Positions 12,884 through 26,159 of a stretch of DNA of 64,000 bases are shown here, in pieces (the first letter of the stretch is position 1; each line of letters starts with the position of its first letter). Source of the stretch: the human T2T-CHM13v2.0 reference genome, Homo sapiens; assembly GCF_009914755.1 (NCBI RefSeq), contig NC_060931.1. One strand, given 5' to 3'. A program made the position numbers and the translations under genes. Below the pieces are notes generated by a model. That model saw nothing but the letters and a program-made list of their open reading frames with translations, had not been told where the DNA came from and did no database searches.

Positions 12884-13905
12884 CATTCTCAGAAACTACT
12901 TTGTGATGTGTGCCTTCAACTCACAGAGTTTAACCTTTCTTTTCTTAGAGCAGTTTAGAAACACTCTGCTTGTTATGTCTGCAAGTGGATATTTGGACCT
13001 CTTTGAGGCCTTCGTTGCAAACGGGGTTTCTTCCTTTAATGCTAGACTAAGAAGAGTTCTCAGTAACTTTTTTGTGTTGTGTGTATTCAACTCACAGAGT
13101 TGAACCTTGCTTTAGAGAGAGCAGATTTGAAACACTCTTGCTGTGGCATTTTCAGGTGGAGATTTCAAGCGATTTGAGGACAATTGCAGAAAAGGAAATA
13201 TCTTCGTATAATAACCAGACAGAATCATTCTCAGAAAGTGCTTTGTGATGTGTGCGTTCAACTCACAGAGTTTAACCTTTCTTTTCATAGAGGAGTTTGG
13301 AAACACACTGTTTGTAAAGTCTGCAAGTGGATATATGGACCTGTTTGAGGCCTTCGTTGGAAACGGGATTTCTTCATTGAATGCTAGACGGAAGAATTCT
13401 CAGTAAATTCTTTGTGTTGTGTGCATTCAACTCACAGAGTGGAACGTCCCTTTAGACAGAGCAGATTTGAAACACTCTTTTTGCGGAATTTGCAAGTGGA
13501 GATTTCTAGCCATTTGATGCCAACAGTAGAAAGGGAAATATCTTCAAATAAAAACCAGACAGAATCATTCTCAGAAAATTCTTTGTGATGTGTGCGTTCA
13601 ACTCACATAGTTTAACCTTTCTTTTCATAGAGCAGTTTGGAAACACTCTGTTTGTAAAGTCTGCAAGTGGATATATGGACCGCATTGAGGCCTTCGTTGG
13701 AAACGGGATTTCTTCATTTCATGCTAGACAGAAGAATTCTCAGTAACTTCTTTGTGCTGTGTGTATTCAACTCACAGAGTGGAACGTCCCTTTGCACAGA
13801 GCAGATTTGAAACACTCTTTTTGTGGAGTTTGCAAGTGGAGATTTCAAGCGATTTGATGCCAACAGTAGAAAAGGAAATATCTTCAAATAAAAACTAGAC
13901 AGAAT

Positions 13906-16900
13906 CATTCTCAGAAACTACTTTGTGATGTGTGCCTTCAACTCACAGAGTTTAACCTTTCTTTTCTTAGAGCAGTTTAGAAGCACTCTGCTTGTTATGT
14001 CTGCAAGTGGATATTTGGACCTCTTTGAGGCCTTCGTTGCAAACGGGGTTTCTTCCTTTCATGCTAGACTAAGAAGAGTTCTCAGTAACTTTTTTGTGTT
14101 GTGTGTATTCAACTCACAGAGTTGAACCTTGCTTTAGAGAGAGCAGATTTTTAACACTCTTGCTGTGGCATTTTCAGGTGGAGATTTCAAGCGATTTGAG
14201 GACAATTGCAGAAAAGGAAATATCTTCGTATAATAACCAGACAGAATCATTCTCAGAAAGTGCTTTGTGATGTGTGCGTTCAACTCACAGAGTTTAACCT
14301 TTCTTTTCATAGAGGAGTTTGGAAACACACTGTTTGTAAAGTCTGCAAGTGGATATATGGACCTGTTTGAGGCCTTCGTTGGAAACGGGATTTTATCATA
14401 TAATGCTAGACGGAAGAATTCTCAGTAAATTCTTTGTGTTGTGTGCATTCAACTCACAGAGTGGAACGTCCCTTTAGACAGAGCAGATTTGAAACACTCT
14501 TTTTGCGGAATTTGCAAGTGGAGATTTCTAGCCATTTGATGCCAACAGTAGAAAGGGAAATATCTTCAAATAAAAACTAGACAGAAACATCCTCAGAAAA
14601 TTCTTTGTGATGTGTGCGTTCAACTCACATAGTTTAACCTTTCTGTTCATAGAGCAGTTTGGAAACACTCTGTTGGTAATGTCTGCAAGTGGATATATGG
14701 ACCGCTTTGAGGCCTTCGTTGGAAACGGGATTTCTTCATTTCATGCTAGACAGAATAATTCTCAGTAACTTCTTTTTGTTGTGTGTATTCAACTCACAGA
14801 TTGGAACGTCCCTTTACACAGAGCAGATTTGAAACACTCTTTTTGTGGAATTTGCAAGTGGAGATTTCAAGCGATTTGATGCCAACAGTAGAAAAGGAAA
14901 TATCTGCAAATAAAAACTAGACAGAATCATTCTCAGAAAGTGCTTTGTGATGTGTGCGTTCAAATCACAGAGTTTAACCTTTCTTTTCATAGAGGAGTTT
15001 GGAAACACACTGTTTGTAAAGTCTGCAAGTGGATATATGGACCTGTTTGAGGCCTTCGTTGGAAACGGGATTTTATCATATAATGCTAGACGGAAGAATT
15101 CTCAGTAAATTCTTTGTGTTGTGTACATTCAACTCACAGAGTGGAACGTCCCTTTAGACAGAACAGATTTGAAACACTCTTTTTGCGGAATTTGCAAGTG
15201 GAGATTTCTAGCCATTTGATGCCAACAGTAGAAAGGGAAATATCTTCAAATAAAAACTAGACAGAATCATCCTCAGAAAATTCTTTGTGATGTGTGCGTT
15301 CAACTCACATAGTTTAACCTTTCTTTTCATAGAGCAGTTTGGAAACACTCTGTTGGTAATGTCTGCAAGTGGATATATGGACCGCTTTGAGGCCTTCGTT
15401 GGAAACGGGATTTCTTCATTTCATGCTAGACAGAAGAATTCTCAGTAACTTCTTTGTGTTGTGTGTATTCAACTCACAGATTGGAACGTCCCTTTACACA
15501 GAGCAGATTTGAAACACTCTTTTTGTGGAATTTGCAAGTGGAGATTTCAAGCGATTTGATGCCAACAGTAGAAAAGGAAATATCTGCAAATGAAAACTAG
15601 ACAGAATCATTCTCAGAAAGTGCTTTGTGATGTGTGCGTTCAAATCACAGAGTTTAACCTTTCTTTTCATAGAGGAGTTTGGAAACACACTGTTTGTAAA
15701 GTCTGCAAGTGGATATATGGACCTGTTTGAGGCCTTCGTTGGAAACGGGATTTTATCATATAATGCTAGACGGAAGAATTCTCAGTAAATTCTTTGTGTT
15801 GTGTGCATTCAACTCACAGAGTGGAACGTCCCTTTAGACAGAACAGATTTGAAACACTCTTTTTGCGGAATTTGCAAGTGGAGATTTCTAGCCATTTGAT
15901 GCCAACAGTAGAAAGGGAAATATCTTCAAATAAAAACTAGACAGAATCATCCTCAGAAAATTCTTTGTGATGTGTGCGTTCAACTCACATAGTTTAACCT
16001 TTCTTTTCATAGAGCAGTTTGGAAACACTCTGTTGGTAATGTCTGCAAGTGGATATATGGACCGCTTTGAGGCCTTCGTTGGAAACGGGATTTCTTCATT
16101 TTATGCTAGACAGAAGAATTCTCAGTAACTTCTTTGTGTTGTGTGTATTCACCTCACAGATTGGAACGTCCCTTTACACAGAGCAGATTTGAAACACTCT
16201 TTTTGTGGAATTTGCAAGTGGAGATTTCAAGCGATTTGATGCCAACAGTAGAAAAGGAAATATCTGCAAATAAAAACTAGACAGAATCATTCTCAGAAAG
16301 TGCTTTGTGATGTGTGCATTCAACTCACAGAGTTTAACCTTTCTTTTCATAGAGGAGTTTGGAAACACACTGTTTGTAAAGTCTGCAATTGGATATATGG
16401 ACCTGTTTGAGGCCTTCGTTGGAAACGGGATTTCTTCATTGAATGCTAGACGGAAGAATTCTCAGTAAATTCTTTGTGTTGTGTGCATTCAACTCACAGC
16501 GTTGAACGTCCCTTTAGACAGAGCAGATTTGAAACACACTTTTTGCGGAATTTGCAACTGGAGATTTCTAGCCATTTGATGCCAACAGTAGAAAGGGAAA
16601 TATCTTCAAATAAAAACCAGACAGAATCATTCTCAGAAAATTCTTTGTGATGTGTGCTTTCAACTCACATAGTTTAACCTTTCTTTTCATAGAGCAGTTT
16701 GGAAACACTCTGTTTGTAAAGTCTGCAAGTGGATATATGGACCGCATTGAGGCCTTCGTTGGAAACGGGATTTCTTCATTTCATGCTAGACAGAAGAATT
16801 CTCAGTAACTTCTTTGTGCTGTGTGTATTCAAATCACAGAGTGGAACGTCCCTTTGCACAGAGCAGATTTGAAACACTCTTTTTGTGGAATTTGCAAGTG

Positions 16901-16967
16901 GAGATTTCAAGCGATTTGATGCCAACAGTAGAAAAGGAAATATCTTCAAATAAAAACTAGACAGAAT
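13906..16967 (+). repeat. 18-mer HOR variant (A-(BC)x4)
   Basis: A-to-A distance 3062 bp with an internal 680-bp period (ORF echoes at 14814, 15494, 16174). Confidence 0.9.
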
Positions 16968-19011
16968 CATTCTCAGAAACTACTTTGTGATGTGTGCCTT
17001 CAACTCACAGAGTTTAACCTTTCTTTTCTTAGAGCAGTTTAGAAACACTCTGCTTGTTATGTCTGCAAGTGGATATTTGGACCTCTTTGAGGCCTTCGTT
17101 GCAAACGGGGTTTCTTCCTTTAATGCTAGACTAAGAAGAGTTCTCAGTAACTTTTTTGTGTTGTGTGTATTCAACTCACAGAGTTGAACCTTGCTTTAGA
17201 GAGAGCAGATTTGAAACACTCTTGCTGTGGCATTTTCAGGTGGAGATTTCAAGCGATTTGAGGACAATTGCAGAAAAGGAAATATCTTCGTATAATAACC
17301 AGACAGAATCATTCTCAGAAAGTGCTTTGTGATGTGTGCGTTCAACTCACAGAGTTTAACCTTTCTTTTCATAGAGGAGTTTGGAAACACACTGTTTGTA
17401 AAGTCTGCAATTGGATATATGGACCTGTTTGTGGCCTTCGTTGGAAACGGGATTTCTTCACTGAATGCTAGATGGAAGAATTCTCAGTAAATTCTTTGTG
17501 TTGTGTGCATTCAACTCACAGAGTGGAACGTCCCTTTAGACAGAGCAGATTTGAAACACTCTTTTTGCGGAATTTGCAAGTGGAGATTTCTAGCCATTTG
17601 ATGCCAACAGTAGAAAGGGAAATATCTTCAAATGAAAACCAGACAGAATGATTCTCAGAAAATTCTTTGTGATGTGTGCGTTCAACTCACATAGTTTAAC
17701 CTTTCTTTTCATAGAGCAGTTTGGAAACACTCTGTTTGTAAAGTCTGCAAGTGGATATATGGACCGCATTGAGGCCTTCGTTGGAAACGGGATTTCTTCA
17801 TTTCATGCTAGACAGAAGAATTCTCAGTAACTTCTTTGTGCTGTGTGTATTCAACTCACCGAGTGGAACGTCCCTTTACACAGAGCAGATTTGAAACACT
17901 CTTTTTGTGGAATTTGCAAGTGGAGATTTCAAGCGATTTGATGCCAACAGTAGAAAAGGAAATATCTTCAAATAAAAACTAGACAGAATCATTCTCAGAA
18001 ACTACTTTGTGATGTGTGCCTTCAACTCACAGAGTTTAACCTTTCTTTTCTTAGAGCAGTTTAGAAACACTCTGCTTGTTATGTCTGCAAGTGGATATTT
18101 GGACCTCTTTGAGGCCTTCGTTGCAAACGGGGTTTCTTCCTTTCATGCTAGACTAAGAAGAGTTCTCAGTAACTTTTTTGTGTTGTGTGTATTCAACTCA
18201 CAGAGTTGAACCTTGCTTTAGAGAGAGCAGATTTGAAACACTCTTGCTGTGGCATTTTCAGGTGGAGATTTCAAGCGATTTGAGGACAATTGCAGAAAAG
18301 GAAATATCTTCGTATAATAACCAGACAGAATCATTCTCAGAAAGTGCTTTGTGATGTGTGCGTTCAACTCACAGAGTTTAACCTTTCTTTTCATAGAGGA
18401 GTTTGGAAACACACTGTTTGTAAAGTCTGCAAGTGGATATATGGACCTGTTTGAGGCCTTCGTTGGAAACGGGATTTCTTCATTGAATGCTAGACGGAAG
18501 AATTCTCAGTAAATTCTTTGTGTTGTGTGCATTCAACTCACAGAGTGGAACGTCCCTTTAGACAGAGCAGATTTGAAACACTCTTTTTGCGGAATTTGCA
18601 AGTGGAGATTTCTAGCCATTTGATGCCAACAGTAGAAAGGGAAATATCTTCAAATAAAAACCAGACAGAATCATTCTCAGAAAATTCTTTGTGATGTGTG
18701 CGTTCAACTCACATAGTTTAACCTTTCTTTTCATAGAGCAGTTTGGAAACACTCTGTTTGTAAAGTCTGCAAGTGGATATATGGACCGCATTGAGGCCTT
18801 CGTTGGAAACGGGATTTCTTCATTTCATGCTAGACAGAAGAATTCTCAGTAACTTCTTTGTGCTGTGTGTATTCAACTCACAGAGTGGAACGTCCCTTTG
18901 CACAGAGCAGATTTGAAACACTCTTTTTGTGGAGTTTGCAAGTGGAGATTTCAAGCGATTTGATGCCAACACTAGAAAAGGAAATATCTTCAAATAAAAA
19001 CTAGACAGAAT

Positions 19012-21393
19012 CATTCTCAGAAACTACTTTGTGATGTGTGCCTTCAACTCACAGAGTTTAACCTTTCTTTTCTTAGAGCAGTTTAGAAACACTCTGCTTG
19101 TTATGTCTGCAAGTGGATATTTGGACCTCTTTGTGGCCTTCGTTGCAAACAGGGTTTCTTCCTTTCATGCTAGACTAAGAAGAGTTCTCAGTAACTTTTT
19201 TGTGTTGTGTGTATTCAACTCACAGAGTTGAACCTTGCTTTAGAGAGAGCAGATTTGAAACACTCTTGCTGTGGCATTTTCAGGTGGAGATTTCAAGCGA
19301 TTTGAGGACAATTGCAGAAAAGGAAATATCTTCGTATAATAACCAGACAGAATCATTCTCAGAAAGTGCTTTGTGATGTGTGCGTTCAACTCACAGAGTT
19401 TAACCTTTCTTTTCATAGAGGAGTTTGGAAACACACTGTTTGTAAAGTCTGCAAGTGGATATATGGACCTGTTTGAGGCCTTCGTTGGAAACGGGATTTT
19501 ATCATATAATGCTAGACGGAAGAATTCTCAGTAAATTCTTTGTGTTGTGTGCATTCAACTCACAGAGTGGAACGTCCCTTTAGACAGAGCAGATTTGAAA
19601 CACTCTTTTTGCGGAATTTGCAAGTGGAGATTTCTAGCCATTTGATGCCAACAGTAGAAAGGGAAATATCTTCAAATAAAAACTAGACAGAAACATCCTC
19701 AGAAAATTCTTTGTGATGTGTGCGTTCAACTCACATAGTTTAACCTTTCTTTTCATAGAGCAGTTTGGAAACACTCTGTTGGTAATGTCTGCAAGTGGAT
19801 ATATGGACCGCTTTGAGGCCTTCGTTGGAAACGGGATTTCTTCATTTCATGCTAGACAGAAGAATTCTCAGTAACTTCTTTGTGTTGTGTGTATTCAACT
19901 CACAGATTGGAACGTCCCTTTACACAGAGCAGATTTGAAACACTCTTTTTGTGGAATTTGCAAGTGGAGATTTCAAGCGATTTGATGCCAACAGTAGAAA
20001 AGGAAATATCTGCAAATAAAAACTAGACAGAATCATTCTCAGAAAGTGCTTTGTGATGTGTGCGTTCAAATCACAGAGTTTAACCTTTCTTTTCATAGAG
20101 GAGTTTGGAAACACACTGTTTGTAAAGTCTGCAAGTGGATATATGGACCTGTTTGAGGCCTTCGTTGGAAACGGGATTTTATCATATAATGCTAGACGGA
20201 AGAATTCTCAGTAAATTCTTTGTGTTGTGTGCATTCAACTCACAGAGTGGAACGTCCCTTTAGACAGAACAGATTTGAAACACTCTTTTTGCGGAATTTG
20301 CAAGTGGAGATTTCTAGCCATTTGATGCCAACAGTAGAAAGGGAAATATCTTCAAATAAAAACTAGACAGAATCATCCTCAGAAAATTCTTTGTGATGTG
20401 TGCGTTCAACTCACATAGTTTAACCTTTCTTTTCATAGAGCAGTTTGGAAACACTCTGTTGGTAATGTCTGCAAGTGGATATATGGACCGCTTTGAGGCC
20501 TTCGTTGGAAACGGGATTTCTTCATTTCATGCTAGACAGAAGAATTCTCAGTAACATCTTTGTGTTGTGTGTATTCAACTCACAGATTGGAACGTCCCTT
20601 TACACAGAGCAGATTTGAAACACTCTTTTTGTGGAATTTGCAAGTGGAGATTTCAAGCGATTTGATGCCAACAGTAGAAAAGGAAATATCTGCAAATGAA
20701 AACTAGACAGAATCATTCTCAGAAAGTGCTTTGTGATGTGTGCGTTCAAATCACAGAGTTTAACCTTTCTTTTCATAGAGGAGTTTGGAAACACACTGTT
20801 TGTAAAGTCTGCAAGTGGATATATGGACCTGTTTGAGGCCTTCGTTGGAAACGGGATTTTATCATATAATGCTAGACGGAAGAATTCTCAGTAAATTCTT
20901 TGTGTTGTGTGCATTCAACTCACAGAGTGGAACGTCCCTTTAGACAGAGCAGATTTGAAACACTCTTTTTGCGGAATTTGCAAGTGGAGATTTCTAGCCA
21001 TTTGATGCCAACAGTAGAAAGGGAAATATCTTCAAATAAAAACTAGACAGAATCATCCTCAGAAAATTCTTTGTGATGTGTGCATTCAACTCACATAGTT
21101 TAACCTTTCTTTTCATAGAGCAGTTTGGAAACACTCTGTTGGTAATGTCTGCAAGTGGATATATGGACCGCTTTGAGGCCTTCGTTGGAAACGGGATGTC
21201 TTCATTTCATGCTAGACAGAAGAATTCTCAGTAACTTCTTTGTGTTGTGTGTATTCAACTCACAGATTGGAACGTCCCTTTACACAGAGCAGATTTGAAA
21301 CACTCTTTTTGTGGAATTTGCAAGTGGAGATTTCAAGCGATTTGATGCCAACAGTAGAAAAGGAAATATCTGCAAATAAAAACTAGACAGAAT
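19012..21393 (+). repeat. 14-mer HOR variant (A-(BC)x3) followed by a B/A hybrid monomer
   Basis: A-to-A distance 2382 bp. Confidence 0.88.
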
Positions 21394-22415
21394 CATTCTC
21401 AGAAAGTGCTTTGTGATGTGTGCATTCAACTCACAGAGTTTAACCTTTCTTTTCTTAGAGCAGTTTAGAAACACTCTGCTTGTTATGTCTGCAAGTGGAT
21501 ATTTGGACCTCTTTGAGGCCTTCGTTGCAAACGGTGTTTCTTCCCTTAATGCTAGACTACGAAGAGTTCTCAGTAACTTTTTTGTGTTGTGTGCATTCAA
21601 CTCACAGAGTTGAACCTTGCTTTAGAGAGAGCAGATTTGAAACACTCTTGCTGTGGCATTTTCAGGTGGAGATTTCAAGCGATTTGAGGACAATTGCAGA
21701 AAAGGAAATATCTTCGTATAATAACCAGACAGAATCATTCTCAGAAAGTGCTTTGTGATGTGTGCGTTCAACTCACAGAGTTTAACCTTTCTTTTCAGAA
21801 AGGAGTTTGGAAACACACTGTTTGTAAAGTCTGCAAGTTGAAATATGGACCTGTTTGAGACCTTCGTTGGAAACCGGATTTCTTCATTGAATGCTAGACG
21901 GAAGAATTCTCAGTAAATTCTTTGTGTTGTGTGCATTCAACTCCCAGAGAGGAACGTCCCTTTAGACAGAGCAGATTTGAAACACTCTTTTTGCGGAATT
22001 TGCAAGTGGAGATTTCTAGCCATTTGATGCCAACAGTAGAAAGGGAAATATCTTCAAATAAAAACTAGACAGAATCATCCTCAGAAAATTCTTTGTGATG
22101 TGTGCGTTCAACTCACATAGTTTAACCTTTCTTTTCATAGAGCAGTTTGGAAACTCTCTGTTGGTAACGTCCGCATGTGGATATATGGACCGCTTTGAGG
22201 CCTTAGTTGGAAACGGGATTTCTTCATTTCATGCTAGACAGAAGAATTCTCAGTAACTTCTTTGTGTTGTGTGTATTAAACTCATAAACTGGAACGTCCC
22301 TTTACACAGAGCAGATTTGAAACACTCTTTTTGTGGAATTTGCAAGTGGAGATTTCAAGCGATTTGATGCCAACAGTAGAAAAGGAAATATCTTCAAATA
22401 CAAACTAGACAGAAT

Positions 22416-25137
22416 CATTCTCAGAAACTACTTTGTGATGTGTGCCTTCAACTCACAGAGTTTAACCTTTCTTTTCTTAGAGCAGTTTAGAAACACTCTG
22501 CTTGTTATGTCTGCAAGTGGATATTTGGACCTCTTTGAGGCCTTCGTTGCAAACGGGCTTTCTTCCTTTAATGCTAGACTAAGAAGAGTTCTCAGTAACT
22601 TTTTTGTGTTGTGTGTATTCAACTCACAGAGTTGAACCTTGCTTTAGGGAGAGCAGATTTGAAACACTCTTGCTGTGGCATTTTCAGGTGGAGATTTCAA
22701 GCGATTTGAGGACAATTGCAGAAAAGGAAATATCTTCGTATAATAACCAGACAGAATCATTCTCAGAAAGTGCTTTGTGATGTGTGCATTCAACTCACAG
22801 AGTTTAACCTTTCTTTTCATAGAGGAGTTTGGAAACACACTGTTTGTAAAGTCTGCAATTGGATATATGGACCTGTTTGTGGCCTTCGTTGGAAACGGGA
22901 TTTCTTCATTGAATGCTAGATGGAAGAATTCTCAGTAAATTCTTTGTGTTGTGTGCATTCAACTCACAGAGTGGAACGTCCCTTTAGACAGAGCAGATTT
23001 GAAACACTCTTTTTGCGGAATTTGCAAGTGGAGATTTCTAGCCATTTGATGCCAACAGTAGAAAGGGAAATATCTTCAAATAAAAACCAGACAGAATCAT
23101 TCTCAGAAAATTCTTTGTGATGTGTGCGTTCAACTCACATAGTTTAACCTTTCTTTTCATAGAGCAGTTTGGAAACACTCTGTTTGTAAAGTCTGCAAGT
23201 GGATATATGGACCGCATTGAGGCCTTCGTTGGAAACGGGATTTCTTCATTTCATGCTAGACAGAAGAATTCTCAGTAACTTCTTTGTGCTGTGTGTATTC
23301 AACTCACAGATTGGAACGTCCCTTTACACAGAGCAGATTTGAAACACTCTTTTTGTGGAATTTGCAAGTGGAGATTTCAAGCGATTTGATGCCAACAGTA
23401 GAAAAGGAAATATCTGCAAATAAAAACTAGACAGAATCATTCTCAGAAAGTGCTTTGTGATGTGTGCGTTCAACTCACAGAGTTTAACCTTTCTTTTCAT
23501 AGAGGAGTTTGGAAACACACTGTTTGTAAAGTCTGCAATTGGATATATGGACCTGTTTGAGGCCTTCGTTGGAAACCGGATTTCTTCATTGAATGCTAGA
23601 CGGAAGAATTCTCAGTAAATTCTTTGTGTTGTGTGCATTCAACTCACAGAGTGGAACGTCCCTTTAGACAGAGCAGATTTGAAACACTCTTTTTGCGGAA
23701 TTTGCAAGTGGAGATTTCTAGCCATTTGATGCCAACAGTAGAAAGGGAAATATCTTCAAATAAAAACCAGACAGAATCATTCTCAGAAAATTCTTTGTGA
23801 TGTGTGCGTTCAACTCACATAGTTTAACCTTTCTTTTCATAGAGCAGTTTGGAAACACTCTGTTTGTAAAGTCTGCAAGTGGATATATGGACCGCATTGA
23901 GGCCTTCGTTGGAAACGGGATTTCTTCATTTCATGCTAGACAGAAGAATTCTCAGTAACTTCTTTGTGCTGTGTGTATTCAACTCACAGAGTGGAACGTC
24001 CCTTTGCACAGAGCAGATTTGAAACACTCTTTTTGTGGAATTTGCAAGTGGAGATTTCAAGCGATTTGATGCCAACAGTAGAAAAGGAAATATCTTCAAA
24101 TAAAAACTAGACAGAATCATCCTCAGAAAATTCTTTGTGATGTGTGCGTTCAACTCACATAGTTTAACCTTTCTTTTCATAGAGCAGTTTGGAAACACTC
24201 TGTTGGTAATGTCTGCAAGTGGATATATGGACCGCTTTGAGGCCTTCGTTGGAAACGGGATTTCTTCATTTCATGCTAGACAGAAGAATTCTCAGTAACT
24301 TCTTTGTGTTGTGTGTATTCAACTCACAGATTGGAACGTCCCTTTACACAGAGCAGATTTGAAACACTCTTTTTGTGGAATTTGCAAGTGGAGATTTCAA
24401 GCGATTTGATGCCAACAGTAGAAAAGGAAATATCTGCAAATAAAAACTAGACAGAATCATTCTCAGAAAGTGCTTTGTGATGTGTGCGTTCAACTCACAG
24501 AGTTTAACCTTTCTTTTCATAGAGGAGTTTGGAAACACACTGTTTGTAAAGTCTGCAATTGGATATATGGACCTGTTTGAGGCCTTCGTTGGAAACGGGA
24601 TTTCTTCATTGAATGCTAGACGGAAGAATTCTCAGTAAATTCTTTGTGTTGTGTGCAATCAACTCACAGAGTGGAACGTCCCTTTAGACAGAGCAGATTT
24701 GAAACACTCTTTTTGCGGAATTTGCAAGTGGAGATTTCTAGCCATTTGATGCCAACAGTAGAAAGGGAAATATCTTCAAATAAAAACCAGACAGAATCAT
24801 TCTCAGAAAATTCTTTGTGATGTGTGCGTTCAACTCACATAGTTTAACCTTTCTTTTCATAGAGCAGTTTGGAAACACTCTGTTTGTAAAGTCTGCAAGT
24901 GGATATATGGACGGCATTGAGGCCTTCGTTGGAAACGGGATTTCTTCATTTCATGCTAGACAGAAGAATTCTCAGTAACTTCTTTGTGCTGTGTGTATTC
25001 AACTCACAGAGTGGAACGTCCCTTTGCACAGAGCAGATTTGCAACACTCTTTTTGTGGAATTTGCAAGTGGAGATTTCAAGCGATTTGATGCCAACAGTA
25101 GAAAAGGAAATATCTTCAAATAAAAACTAGACAGAAT
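22416..25137 (+). repeat. 16-mer HOR variant (A-B-C-B-C-C-B-C)
   Basis: A-to-A distance 2722 bp; C is followed directly by C at ~24120. Confidence 0.87.
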
Positions 25138-26159
25138 CATTCTCAGAAACTACTTTGTGATGTGTGCCTTCAACTCACAGAGTTTAACCTTTCTTTTCTT
25201 AGAGCAGTTTAGAAACACTCTGCTTGTTATGTCTGCAAGTGGATATTTGGACCTCTTTGAGGCCTTCGTTGCAAACGGGGTTTCTTCCTTTAATGCTAGA
25301 CTAAGAAGAGTTCTCAGTAACTTTTCTGTGTTGTGTGTATTCAACTCACAGAGTTGAACCTTGCTTTAGAGAGAGCAGATTTGAAACACTCTTGCTGTGG
25401 CATTTTCAGGTGGAGATTTCAAGCGATTTGAGGACAATTGCAGAAAAGGAAATATCTTCGTATAATAACCAGACAGAATCATTCTCAGAAAGTGCTTTGT
25501 GATGTGTGCGTTCAACTCACAGAGTTTAACCTTTCTTTTCATAGAGGAGTTTGGAAACACACTGTTTGTAAAGTCTGCAATTGGATATATGGACCTGTTT
25601 GTGGCCTTCGTTGGAAACGGGATTTCTTCATTGAATGCTAGATGGAAGAATTCTCAGTAAATTCTTTGTGTTGTGTGCATTCAACTCACAGAGTGGAACG
25701 TCCCTTTAGACAGAGCAGATTTGAAACACTCTTTTTGCGGAATTTGCAAGTGGAGATTTCTAGCCTTTTGATGTCAACAGTAGAAAGGGAAATATCTTCA
25801 AATAAAAACCAGACAGAATCATTCTCAGAAAATTCTTTGTGATGTGTGCGTTCAACTCACATAGTTTAACCTTTCTTTTCATAGAGCAGTTTGGAAACAC
25901 TCTGTTTGTAAAGTCTGCAAGTGGATATATGGATCGCATTGAGGCCTTCGTTGGAAACGGGATTTCTTCATTTCATGCTAGACAAAAGAATTCTCAGTAA
26001 CTTCTTTGTGCTGTGTGTATTCAACTCACAGAGTGGAACGTCCCTTTACACAGAGCAGATTTGAAACACTCTTTTTGTGGAATTTGCAAGTGGAGATTTC
26101 AAGCGATTTGATGCCAACAGTAGAAAAGGAAATATCTTCAAATAAAAACTAGACAGAAT

